Source: Bdellovibrionales bacterium (lineage in GTDB: Bacteria; Bdellovibrionota; Bdellovibrionia; Bdellovibrionales; UBA1609). Taken from it: a DNA stretch of 64,000 bases. The stretch spans positions 1,152,001-1,216,000 of the forward strand of contig CBDCMT010000001.1 of assembly GCA_965219095.1 (NCBI GenBank), read 5' to 3'. Numbering within the stretch: position 1 is the stretch's first letter; the number at the start of each line of letters is the position of its first letter. Below the pieces are notes generated by a model, which saw only the letters and a program-made list of their open reading frames with translations, was not told where the DNA came from and did not search any database. Of the stretch, positions 53,570 to 64,000 are shown piece by piece. Made by a program: the position numbers and the translations under genes.

Positions 53570-54475
53570 TACCAATTATAGAAATTAATTCGACGGTAAA
53601 TCAAAAAGACAGGTCACTGGTTTAAGCCATAATAGTGACCCTAAAGTACTTGCAGAAGGAGGTGAGCTTTTCGAGATAAATTCTAAACCCTTTAGCTGGC
53701 CTGGTTTTTAAGGCCTCAAAGGAAAAAGCAAAAAAAAGATGTAAAATAGGATTTCAAGACTTTATTTATAAATAAACCAACAAAGGAGGAAAATAAAATG
53801 TATGATCACTATATAGCCGTAGATTGGGCACAAAGTAACATGGCCATTTCAAGGATGACAGGCAAATCAAAAGATATTAAGACTATGGACACGATTTCAG
53901 ATCTTGGAAATCTTCGTGCCTATTTAAAAACTCTGAAAGGTAAGAAGATATTGACTATCGAAGAGACTACAACTTCGATAGTGGTTGTATTCAGAATTAA
54001 AGGATAGTGTTGATGAGCTCATAGTCTGTGATCCTCTTCGGAACAAACTTTTAAGTGAAGGGGCTAAAACTGATAAAATTGATGCTGAAAAACTTATTTT
54101 ATTGTTACGCTCTGGCCTTTTGAAACCAGTTTTTCACTCAGGTGATGAATTCATTTACCTTCGTAAGATTGTCAGTGGGTATGAAGATGTGGTTAAAAGA
54201 GGAGTTCGTGTTAAAAACCAAAGATCAGCTCTGTTTCGAGCTTCCCACCTTGATGCTAAGAAGCAGACTCAATTAAAACGGGCGGAAGAGATATATTTGT
54301 TCTAGAAGGCTTAGATAAAGCTATCAGTTCTTATGGGGAGGAGAAAGCACGTTATGAAGCAGAGTTTAAGAGGCTAAGTAAAAAACACAAAGATATTAGA
54401 AATCTTAATAGCATTCCAGGAATTGGTTCTATCAAGGCTATCAAGATTGTAGCCAGGGTTGTAGTGCCTCACCGA
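53570..54475 (+). mobile_element. Second, 3'-truncated copy of the IS630-B-end plus IS110 composite
   Basis: Identity with the 16758 copy begins at the IS630 IR; same frameshifts; lacks the IS630-C insertion. Confidence 0.92.
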
Positions 54476-54662
54476 ACCGAGGGGTTATTTTATATAACCT
54501 CTTGAAAACACTAAAAAGAGAATAAAAACAATAACTAACACTTCCTTGTTTCAGGCCAAATGCACACACTTTTTCACAGTTTTGGATAGTTAATCACGAA
54601 CAAATCACGAACAAACTCCTCAAGAAAATGGTAGGGAGAATAAAAACCGACCCACATAACTA

Positions 54663-56221
54663 GTCGAACGTGAAAAATTGACAAAAGCCTAGAATTTTTA
54701 TGCTGTATTCTCTTTATCCCTGTTACTTTCTATTATAGAGGGTTAAATATTTTTTCATAACTTAAACAAAACAGTAGTTTTCAAGAAGGCGTACAGGCCT
54801 TCTAAGCCATTTCAGTGAAAAAAACGAAAAAAGACGCAACCTCTAGCATTAACTTTCTAAAATTTTGAGAAGCTCCTGATAAAAGACAATTAATAGCATC
54901 CCCTTCTGACCCCAATAGAAAGTTTCTTCCCATACGAGAATCTGTTTTCATATGACCAATGATTGCCTCAACTGAACTTCTTCTTCTGTGAAGTTTTCTT
55001 TTGTAGGGACTTAATGTTTTACTCATTCCCCCAATATGAACATTAACTTCCGAAGGATGATGGTCTTTGCCACGATAACCTTTATCTACATACACATTTT
55101 TTGCCTTAACCTTTGTTAAGGATTCAACTTGAGATAAGGCTGGCTTTAAACTGTGAACATCTGATACATTTTTTTCAAATGACTTTACCCCTAAAACAAA
55201 GCAGTTTTTTGATGAAGTTGTCACACTCACCTTATTGCCAAATTCATATTTTTTATGGGCTTTACCCTTCCCTATGCAATAAACCTCAGGAGCATGAACA
55301 CTATACACCTTGTTCTTATTTCCTCTTTTTTGGTTATAAATTACACATAAAGATAAACATCTTTTTAAAGGTGAATTCTCTTCCAAGAGCTTAGAACCTC
55401 CTTTTCTTGTAACATCTCTTATCACACGACCTCGATAAGTATGAAGCTTTCTTTGCTGTTTTCTTGCTAAACGTATTTTTCTTGCATGAGCGTAACGAGC
55501 ATTTTTAAACAAACACGCCTTGGCCTTTCTTTTGTAGCTTTGACGTAAAACTAAACCCTCTTTTTGAGCCCTTCTAACTAAAGTCTTCAAAGCTTTGTAA
55601 TAAAGACGGCTGTCTGTAGGAAAAGCTATTGCTTTCTCTTGAACAGTTGTATCAACAACTACATTCTCAAACTCTTTTTTTTTACAAAACCCTCTCTCAA
55701 AGCTAAATCAATGGTTTCCTCTAAGAGAACTTCTATCTTCTAAGCCCCCATCCTCTTTCTCCAGTTAGTCAATGAACTTCTATTACAGGGATCTTCATAA
55801 GAATAAAAAGGCTGACCACAAAAATACTGCCATTGAGGACTCTCTTTGAACATTTCTATTGTCTTCTCGTCACTTAAATTATAAATGTATTTCAAGCACT
55901 GAAGTCCCACCATTAAACGAGTTGAAAGACCTGGACGACCTTTTTTTTCATCATACTTCGAACCAAAATCTTTATCAAAACGATCCCAGTCTATTTTATT
56001 AGCTAAAATGACAAGCGGATGCTTCTTATGAACAATGTCGTTTACTCTAAAATTAAGAGGGCTTCTCTTTTGTGTGCTGAACATGTCTTTTGGCCTCATC
56101 TTTTTTCCTTTCTGTTTTGCAAGGTTTTTTATCTGTTTTTCCACTTCCTTGCAATTATTTTTATGCAAAAATTACAAAAAAACAAGTGTTTTTAGCTGTT
56201 TGTGCATTTTTCACGCTCGAC
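54663..56221 (-). mobile_element. IS5-family element (8086 type), transposase with premature stop near 55740
   Basis: Same IRs; 6-bp duplication TAACTA. Confidence 0.95.
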
Positions 56222-56340
56222 TAACTATGTTATGCTGTACTAGGTTTATAAAAAAACAACCTTCAAAAGGATACATGGCTGTTTGTCAAGGAAGTGATAT
56301 TTAAAGTGAGAAAATCAGTTACACAATTTAATTTACAGGA

Positions 56341-57369
56341 TCATAATACAGTTTTCTGACTTTGCTTTTTCAACATTATTCTCTTGAGAAAGTTTACTAC
56401 ATCTGAATGTCCTTTTGCTGTCGCCCCCATAAATGCTGCCATTATTACTGTCGTTCTGTATTTATTAACTTTAGTATCTAGATTTAGATTTGAAACTTCA
56501 AAAAGAACTCTTACACTATCGAGATGTCCGTAACGTGCTGCATACATAAATGCTGTTATTCCGTTATTATCTTTAGCATTTACATTTGAAACTTCAGAAA
56601 GAAACTTTACACTATCGAGATGTCCGTAACGTGCTGCATACATAAGTGCTGTCGTTCCGTCATTATCTTTAGCATTTACATTTGAAACTTCAGAAAGAAA
56701 CTTTACACTATCGAGATGTCCGTAACGTGCTGCAGACATAAGTGCTGTCATTCCGTATTCATCTTTAGCATTTACATCTAAACCTTTAACTTTAAAAAGA
56801 AGCTCTAGAATATCGAGATGTCCGTAACGTGCTGCATACATAAATGCTGTCGTTCCGTATTCATCTTTAGCATTTACATTTATTACTGGAAATTCGAGAA
56901 GAGACTTTACAAGATTTGAATCTCCTTTCTTTGCTGCATCTATAAGTACACTTTCTAAATCAGCACCATTTTTATTAAGAACTCTTGCAAAACTTAAATC
57001 CCCATTTTTTATTGCTTTCGTAAGTGCATTTTGTAGTGATTTATTATTCGCATTGGCTTTGTATGACAAAAGAAGCTTCGCCATTTCTTTTTGACCAGAA
57101 TTAAGAGCATATTCCAACATAGTTTCATTTTTATAACTAATCCTATAATTCACAGGTACTTCAATTTGACACTGTTCTAATATTTTTCTAAAAAGATTAA
57201 TTCTTCCTTCGGAAATAACTTCTTTTAACTCTTTTCTAAAGTATTTAGAGCAATCCACATATTCAGGATCCACATCTTCAGAAAAAGCAGGAAAGCTTAA
57301 GCTTATTAAAGCTCCCATGGTAAATAAAGCTATTAAAGCCTTCCTTATATTATTGTTATTTGGTTTCAT
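56341..57369 (-). CDS. Secreted ankyrin repeat protein
   Basis: Signal peptide; four near-identical NVNAKD..G.TA.MYAARYGHLD repeats plus degenerate ones; AGGAGG RBS. Confidence 0.95.
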   Translation of the reverse strand: MKPNNNNIRKALIALFTMGALISLSFPAFSEDVDPEYVDCSKYFRKELKEVISEGRINLFRKILEQCQIEVPVNYRISYKNETMLEYALNSGQKEMAKLLLSYKANANNKSLQNALTKAIKNGDLSFARVLNKNGADLESVLIDAAKKGDSNLVKSLLEFPVINVNAKDEYGTTAFMYAARYGHLDILELLFKVKGLDVNAKDEYGMTALMSAARYGHLDSVKFLSEVSNVNAKDNDGTTALMYAARYGHLDSVKFLSEVSNVNAKDNNGITAFMYAARYGHLDSVRVLFEVSNLNLDTKVNKYRTTVIMAAFMGATAKGHSDVVNFLKRIMLKKQSQKTVL

Positions 57370-57458
57370 AACATCCTCCTTTTATTTGTGAAAGATATTT
57401 ATTTCAAACAGCTATCTTTCATTTTTTTGTTTTTAAGTCCTATTTTCTTATATTATTA

Positions 57459-58701
57459 TACCATTTCCAAAAATTAATTCGACATTTTTTTAACTCATTG
57501 CGTCCTGGCTTTTTGATAAAACTCTGTTAAATTTTTAGAGTCATGTCGAAAAAAGATTTAGTTACACAGATTCAAGGGTATGATTTTCTGGCTACTTACA
57601 AAGTAGAAAGAAGTGCCAACATCAAGACAAAATTATTGGCTTTGCAGCATATGCAAGAAGGAAAATCGATTCAAGAAACAGCAAGTATAGTTTTCTATCA
57701 CCGTCACAGTATCAAATCCTGGTTACAGTCTTTTGTAGACTTTGATTACGAGGGATTGATAGATCGAGAAGGCAGAGGACGCAAGCCTCGTTTGCCAGTG
57801 ACAGAAGAAGAGAACTTCAAAATCAAGTTAGATGAAATTCAAGACAAAAGAGAGGGAGGAAGCATAGGAGCAAAGGAAATACAGAAACTTTTAGCAGATG
57901 AATTTGACTGTTGCTATTCTCTTTCTGGGGTTTATGTTTCTTTAGACCGCCTTAATATTGTATGGATCAGTGGTCGTTCTCTTCATCCTAAAAGTTCATT
58001 AAGAAGCTATGGAACAGTTTAAGGAACATTTTCCAGAAGAGGTGGAGAAAATAAAAGAAAAGATTCAGACTCATAAAATAGAGATTTGGTGGCAGGATGA
58101 ATGCAGAATAAGCTCAGCAAGGTTCTTTGAGTAGGATTTGGGCAAGAAAAGGCACACGGCCTAGAGTTGTGAGGCAAAGACAATTTTTATCCACTTATAT
58201 TTTTGGAGCAGTTTGTCCGGATAAAGATAAAGGCTGTGCTTGGATTTTACCGGAATGTAATTCAGGGATGATGCAAATTCACTTAGATGAGATATCTAAA
58301 AATATTCAAGAAAACTATCATGGAATTGTTTTAATGGACAGAGCCAGTTGGCATACCACAGAGACTTTGATAGTTCCTAAGAATTTATCCCTGATGCCTT
58401 TACCTCCTTATAGTCCAGAATTAAATCCCATGGAACAAGTCTGGCAACAATTACGAAGGATCAAATTATCGAATGCATGTTTTAAAAACTATGACCATAT
58501 ACTGAATACTTGTTGTGAGGCCTGGAATACTTTTTGCGATCAGGAGGGCAGGATTAAAAAATTATGCACTCGATCTTGGGCAAAACAACAAGATGAATCA
58601 AGCTTGTAAATTAATTTGAACCTATAAATTAAATTGTGTAACTGATTTTTTTCATTTTAAATTTGAACATGAAAATGTCGAATTAATTTCTGTAATTGGT
58701 A
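57459..58701 (+). mobile_element. IS630-family type B, frameshifted copy
   Basis: IRs TACCA(T/A)TT(C/A)CA(A/G)AAATTAATTCGAC; WWQDE, MDRASWH, LPPYSPELNPME. Confidence 0.95.
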
Positions 58702-58711
58702 TAAATTACAA

Positions 58712-58745
58712 AATCTTTACCTTCCGATATCGGAAGGTAAAGATT
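58712..58745 (-). terminator. Perfect 34-bp palindrome after the 58769 stop (probable terminator)
   Basis: AATCTTTACCTTCCGAT|ATCGGAAGGTAAAGATT. Confidence 0.65.
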
Positions 58746-58768
58746 CAAATTTTATTTTGTTTTAATAC

Positions 58769-60656
58769 TTACTGTACACACTTTTCAAGGGCTTTCGCTA
58801 TTTTTAAACTTCTCTGAGATACTTCTAGAACGCCTTCCGCATATATCTTGCCAGCCTCAGAAAATATTTCTTTATATGACAGAAATAATTCCCCATTAAT
58901 ACTATCATCACAACCTTCACCCTTTTTGCAAAGCTCTGATAGCTGTTGAAACCCATCTGCAAATGTATGAAATATCACTGAGGTCAAGTTCAAAGCTAAA
59001 ACAGTTTCTATCTGTAATGTAATACCAATTACAGAAATTAATTCGACATTTTTATGTTCAAATTTAAAATTTTAAAATTGACTTAAGGAAAAGTTTCAAT
59101 TAGGAGGCTTTAAAAAAGTTTTTTTTGAAGGGAGGTTGAGTTTTCATAAGATATGTTTATTTTATGTATATCTATTGTTGTGTGAATCGATTGATGGGTT
59201 AAAATAAGTGTAAAAAAGTGAGGTTAAGATGTAAAATGAAAAAAATCAGTTACGCAATTTAATTTATAGGTTCAAATTAATTTACAAGCTTGATTCATCT
59301 TGTTGTTTTGCCCAAGATCGAGTGCATAATTTTTTAATCCTGCCCTCCTGATCGCAAAAAGTATTCCAGGCCTCACAACAAGTATTCAGTATATGGTCAT
59401 AGTTTTTAAAACATGCATTCGATAATTTGATCCTTCGTAATTGTTGCCAGACTTGTTCCATGGGATTTAATTCTGGACTATAAGGAGGTAAAGGCATCAG
59501 GGATAAATTCTTAGGAACTATCAAAGTCTCTGTGGTATGCCAACTGGCTCTGTCCATTAAAACAATTCCATGATAGTTTTCTTGAATATTTTTAGATATC
59601 TCATCTAAGTGAATTTGCATCATCCCTGAATTACATTCCGGTAAAATCCAAGCACAGCCTTTATCTTTATCCGGACAAACTGCTCCAAAAATATAAGTGG
59701 ATAAAAATTGTCTTTGTCTCACAACTCTAGGTCGTGTGCCTTTTCTTGCCCAAATCCTGCTTAAAGAACCTTGCTGGCCTATTCTGCATTCATCCTGCCA
59801 CCAAATCTCTATTTTATGAGTCTGAATCTTTTCCTTTATTTTCTCCACCTCTTCTGGAAAATGTTCCTTAAACTGTTCCATAGCTTCTTGTGAAGTTTTA
59901 GGATGAAGAGAACGACCACTGATCCATACAATATTAAGACGGTCTAAAAGAGCATAAACCCCAGAAAGAGAATAGCAACAGTCAAATTCATTTGCTAAAA
60001 GTTCCTGTATTCCCTTTGCTCCTATGCTTCCTCCTTCTCTCTTGTCTTGAATTTCATCTAACTTGATTTTGAAGTTCTCTTCTTCTGTCACTGGTAAACG
60101 AGGCTTGCGCCCTCTGCCTTCTCGATCTATCAACCCCTCGTAATCAAAGTCTACAAAAGACTGTAACCAGGATTTGATACTGTGACGGTGATAGAAAACT
60201 ATACTTGCTGTTTCTTGAATCGATTTTCCTTCTTGCATATGCTGCAAAGCTTGGAGTTTTATCTTGATGTTGGCACTTCTTTCTACTTTGTAAGTAGCTA
60301 GAAAATCATACCCTTGAATTTGTGTAACTAAATCTTTTTTCGACACTCTAAAAATTTAACAGAGTTTGATCAAAAAGCCAGGACGCAATGCGTTAAAAGA
60401 ATGTCGAATTAATTTTTGGAAATGGTATAAGGTAGGTATTAGGAAGATTTTTACATGTTACTTCCTCCTCATTTGTTTTGATTCTTTCAAGGCTATCTCT
60501 TGATTCTTGAACCATATTTTTAAGATTTTCTTGTTGCTGTTTTACAAGATCACCAGAGCTAGGATGTGTCATGATTTGTGCCGGTGATATTATACTTAGA
60601 GTCATTACTGCTGAAACGAGTAATGAAGTGGTTAGTAGTTTTTTTGTTGTATTCAT
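58769..60656 (-). pseudogene. Secreted protein gene split by IS630-B
   Basis: Joining 60656-60428 to 59022-58769 gives an in-frame 160-aa ORF with signal peptide. Confidence 0.8.
59023..60427 (-). mobile_element. Intact IS630-family type B element (transposase 59282..60346)
   Basis: Both IRs present; uninterrupted 354-aa DDE transposase; extra 167 bp (59071-59237) relative to the 57459 copy. Confidence 0.95.
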
Positions 60657-60796
60657 TTTGTTCTCCTTTTTGGTTGTTGCTTTCTCAGCTTTCCTTTTTC
60701 TTTTGAGCTGATTGGTTTTAGATTATCTTGAAAATTATATTTTTCAATTATTTTTTGTTGCAAATTTAAAGAAAGTATTATATTTTAAATATAATA

Positions 60797-61615
60797 ATGA
60801 GTGTTTTTCGTGAAACAAACTATAAAAAAGTGCTGAAAACTAGACTAAAGGAAGAGTCTCTTAAAAGGCCCAGCCTCAATCTTAAAAAAATAGCCAAGAC
60901 CATTCGCATCCAGTACACCTATCTTTCTAAAGTGATGAACAGTGACTACATTCATTTAAGCGAAGATCATCTTTATGAAATGGGAAATGTCCTTAACTTT
61001 TTAACCGATGAAATGGAATATGTTTTGCTTTTAAGAAATTATGAGGCTTCTCAAAGCATGAAACGGAAGGAGTACTTAAAAAGCAAAATTTTATATATGA
61101 GAAACAAGAAAGAAGTTTACGCTCAAATTGAAGAGCTTGAAATTTCACAGAAAGATATTGAATTTCTCCTCTCCCCTCTTCATTGGATCATTTATTTTAT
61201 CTTAGGTGTACCTTCTTACAGAGAGAACCCTAAAACAATAGCTCGAGTTTTAGGAATCAGTCAAAGTCAACTCGAAATAGGTTTACAGACTTTAAAAAAA
61301 CTTTCTTTAATTGAAGTAGAAAAAAACATTTATCACATCTTAAGAATTAATAAACATCACTTTCACTACAATGTACAGCACCCTCTTACAAGAGTTCATC
61401 AACAAATGCTCCGCAGTTTTTGTGATACACAGCTTCTGAAGCTGTCTGAAGAACAAAAAAAGAGATTTATGGTGACCTTCAACGCTGATGAAAAAATCTT
61501 TTTAGAAATTCAAGAAAAGTTTTCTTCTTTTTTAAGAAGTATCGAAAAAAGGGTTTTAGTGGCACCAAATTTAAAAACTTATCAAATGAATTTTGAGCTT
61601 TTTGAGTGGGGTTAG
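60797..61615 (+). CDS. TIGR02147/DUF4423-like HTH protein
   Basis: N-terminal XRE-like HTH (IQYTYLSKVMN), second winged HTH, C-terminal YQMNFELF. Confidence 0.75.
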   Translation: MSVFRETNYKKVLKTRLKEESLKRPSLNLKKIAKTIRIQYTYLSKVMNSDYIHLSEDHLYEMGNVLNFLTDEMEYVLLLRNYEASQSMKRKEYLKSKILYMRNKKEVYAQIEELEISQKDIEFLLSPLHWIIYFILGVPSYRENPKTIARVLGISQSQLEIGLQTLKKLSLIEVEKNIYHILRINKHHFHYNVQHPLTRVHQQMLRSFCDTQLLKLSEEQKKRFMVTFNADEKIFLEIQEKFSSFLRSIEKRVLVAPNLKTYQMNFELFEWG

Positions 61616-61665
61616 CTCACTGCGATGTTGACTTTGTTTTAATCTTTTTGCTAAAAAGATTTGTT

Positions 61666-62772
61666 ATGTTCTTTTTTATTTTTCTCTTCTCTTTATGGTC
61701 TCAAGCCGGTACATGGGGTTCTTCTGGAGGAGAACTTTTCAAGGATGCCAACAACCCTTGGTTTTTAAAGAACACTTCGTCTGTCAACTACTGCATAGAA
61801 ATTGATCAAGAAGGGGTTTCTTTGGAAAAAACCGCTGTTCATGAGTTAATAAAACTAGCTATTGATTATTGGAAAGAAGAGTTAAAAGGAAAAGGTGAGA
61901 GTTTAGGTTTGGGCACACAAAAGTTTGTTTTCAACAATTCCTGCTCTGGAGAGGAAGATATAAAATTCCAGTTTGGTTATAATACTCTTACTGAAGAGCA
62001 GTTAGAGTTTTTTAAAAAATATGGAGAAAAACCACAAAATTATTTGGGACTAGCTTTAAAAACTCAATACGATAGAGTTAACCTAAAAGCAAAGGGATTT
62101 GTTTTTATATCTTCTGATAAGGGTGAAGATAATTATAATTATGGGAAACCACAAAGCCGTAGATTTGAGGAAAGCCTATGGAGTCATAAAGGAATTTTAT
62201 TTCGTTTACTTCAGCATGAAATAGGTCATGTTTTTGGAATTCATCATACACAAAATAGTTTTATGTCATCAGAATTTCCTGCTAATCTGCTAAAGAACTT
62301 CAGACAGTTCAGAGATCTAAAGTCAGCACAGAAAAATCACTTTTTTGAACTTAGAACAAATCGTAACATTTCTTGCGATGATTTCTTTTTTAAGGAGATT
62401 AAAAAAGAGTACAATCTTGACAAAACCATTAAATGTTCCTATTTGAATACAAAAGACAACTGGCTCACACTTGAAATTTTTCTATCTGACGAAGATCACC
62501 TTGAGAAATTCCTTTTAGGAACAGGGGTTAAAGGCAAGATAGTCAGTGTGGAACTTGAGTTTCCCATTAAAGTTTTCTTACCTGAAGGGCAAAAGGTTTT
62601 TTTAGATAGGGACTATGGAAATTTTTTAAATGGCCCTTCAAGAAAAAAAATAACAAGAATTTTCTCTTTTGAAGAAAAAAATAAAAAAAAGTATTCTATT
62701 TTATTAAGGTTTTCGCCTGATTCCTTGGAGTTATACTTTGGTCGTGGAGGAAAATTTGAAAAAGTTTACTGA
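61666..62772 (+). CDS. Secreted metzincin (matrixin-like) zinc metalloprotease
   Basis: HEIGHVFGIHH followed by an SFM Met-turn; signal peptide from ATG 61666. Confidence 0.85.
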   Translation: MFFFIFLFSLWSQAGTWGSSGGELFKDANNPWFLKNTSSVNYCIEIDQEGVSLEKTAVHELIKLAIDYWKEELKGKGESLGLGTQKFVFNNSCSGEEDIKFQFGYNTLTEEQLEFFKKYGEKPQNYLGLALKTQYDRVNLKAKGFVFISSDKGEDNYNYGKPQSRRFEESLWSHKGILFRLLQHEIGHVFGIHHTQNSFMSSEFPANLLKNFRQFRDLKSAQKNHFFELRTNRNISCDDFFFKEIKKEYNLDKTIKCSYLNTKDNWLTLEIFLSDEDHLEKFLLGTGVKGKIVSVELEFPIKVFLPEGQKVFLDRDYGNFLNGPSRKKITRIFSFEEKNKKKYSILLRFSPDSLELYFGRGGKFEKVY

Positions 62773-63346
62773 TACCTTAAAATTTGCTTTGTTGTCCCTA
62801 TCTTTATTTTTAATATCCTGCCTTCCTCTTGTTTCCTATAAAAAACCTGTTTGCAATACAGAAAACAGGATAGATTTTATTAATCTGGAGGGCTCTTATT
62901 ACTATCATATGAATTTAAATGAAGAAAGTAAGAATCATCTTTATACGTTTTTCTTTTTAAGAGAATCAAAAGGTTTATACAAAATAATCTCCCCCCATAC
63001 ATTAACAGACTTATCAGCATCTGGTTGCCTTTATAACGGTTATCCTTATCTTGAGGTGCTTTTTGATAAAACCTATATTCTTCATAGGTTGACACAAAGC
63101 CCTAAAGGAGACCTTACCCTCCTTCACTTTTTTGCTTATAAAAATTTATTAACAACAAATAAGATTCCTTATACCGAGCCGGATCTTAACGATTGGAAAG
63201 AGTTCGCACTAGGTGAATTGCCTTTAGATTTCTTATTGAAAATTGTATACGGTTTAAATATTGACAATCGTAAAATAGGTGTAGAGAAATTTTTTCAGAT
63301 TATTGATCCTAGCTCTTGGCAAATTGTTTTGTATAAAGAAGACTAA
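62738..63346 (+). CDS. Hypothetical lipoprotein
   Basis: Hydrophobic stretch ending LISC; overlaps the protease 3' end. Confidence 0.7.
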   Translation: MVVEENLKKFTDTLKFALLSLSLFLISCLPLVSYKKPVCNTENRIDFINLEGSYYYHMNLNEESKNHLYTFFFLRESKGLYKIISPHTLTDLSASGCLYNGYPYLEVLFDKTYILHRLTQSPKGDLTLLHFFAYKNLLTTNKIPYTEPDLNDWKEFALGELPLDFLLKIVYGLNIDNRKIGVEKFFQIIDPSSWQIVLYKED

Positions 63347-63493
63347 ACTAAAATATAATTTGTTTGTTTGTTTTTTTGATATTTCTTCTAGTGATTGTCT
63401 TTAGTAGTACCAAATCAATGACAAGCACGTGGTTTCGTCTAAAGTCCCAGCTCACTCTCTTAAAACATTAGAAAAGGAGGGTCAAACTAACTA

Positions 63494-64000
63494 GTGTTCT
63501 GACCAGTAAATTTTTTCACAATTTTCAAGCCTTTAATCCAGGTCATTTTATTAAATTATTTTTATATTAAAAAGAATAAAAGTGAAATGTTTAGAGTTAT
63601 ACCAATTCCAAAAGTTAATTCTACATTTTCATGTATAAGTTTGGATTTTTACTTCTAGAAATTTATAACTTTTAAGTATGGGTAAAGAGTGTATCAAATT
63701 CATTGGAAAGATATGATTTTCTAATGTTTATATACAATTTAGTTTACAGGCTCTTACAGGCTCGTCTCATTTTTTATAATGGAACTTTTCTCTGGCTGAT
63801 TTTCTTGAAAAATTCCATTTTATTATAATCTTCCGTCTGTTCATAATATTCACCCAAGCCTTGGTTCTTTTTCTTAAAGTTTCTATGTCAGGTATTCTTG
63901 ATTTTCCTAAACATTGACGAGAGTACATATTGATTGCAATTTCTGCTTGATTTAACCAACTTCCATGACTCGGAGTATAATGAACCTCAAAGCGAGACCA
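63494..64000 (-). mobile_element. IS630-family type C, second copy (cut by the window end)
   Basis: Matches 17497-about 18012, with one fewer TTACAGGCTC unit; inserted at CTAG. Confidence 0.95.

Noticed and set aside
59071..59237. Extra 167 bp in one IS630-B copy as a separate MITE
   Set aside because: No terminal inverted repeats; the flanking TAAAAT repeat fits a microhomology deletion in the other copy equally well.

Overview
AT-rich bacterial chromosome segment, most likely Bdellovibrionota (inferred from a TIGR02147-like regulator, Tad pilus parts, a PilZ protein and many secreted hypothetical proteins). Intact housekeeping blocks (groES-groEL, pgsA, glpX, grxC, PhoH, CpaF, nagZ with peptide ABC permeases, DEAD helicase, ligA, gatCAB, Ppx/GppA) alternate with dense, nested, mostly decayed insertion sequences that cover roughly a quarter of the window: three IS630 types, IS66, two IS5 types, IS481, IS982, an IS3-like scar and IS110. 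The main result is an IS110/IS1111-type recombinase whose 3' non-coding end (about 19470-19737) folds into a multibranch RNA. Its two homologous internal loops carry TTCGAC and ATAGAC, which match the element's observed target flank and its own right end, as expected of a bridge/seekRNA. This IS110 replaced the whole transposase gene between two TTCGAC sites of a resident IS630 and then appears to have been copied as dead cargo inside the IS630 ends. Also present: six perfect loop-less palindromes, IS elements collapsed to their inverted repeats, ankyrin and PQQ-like repeat proteins, a secreted mosaic transglycosylase-like protein, a LigA with eight Cys in its Zn-finger region, and integrase and coupling-protein remnants. 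No rRNA, tRNA or CRISPR array was seen. All calls come from reading the sequence and recalling motifs; no searches or folding programs were run.
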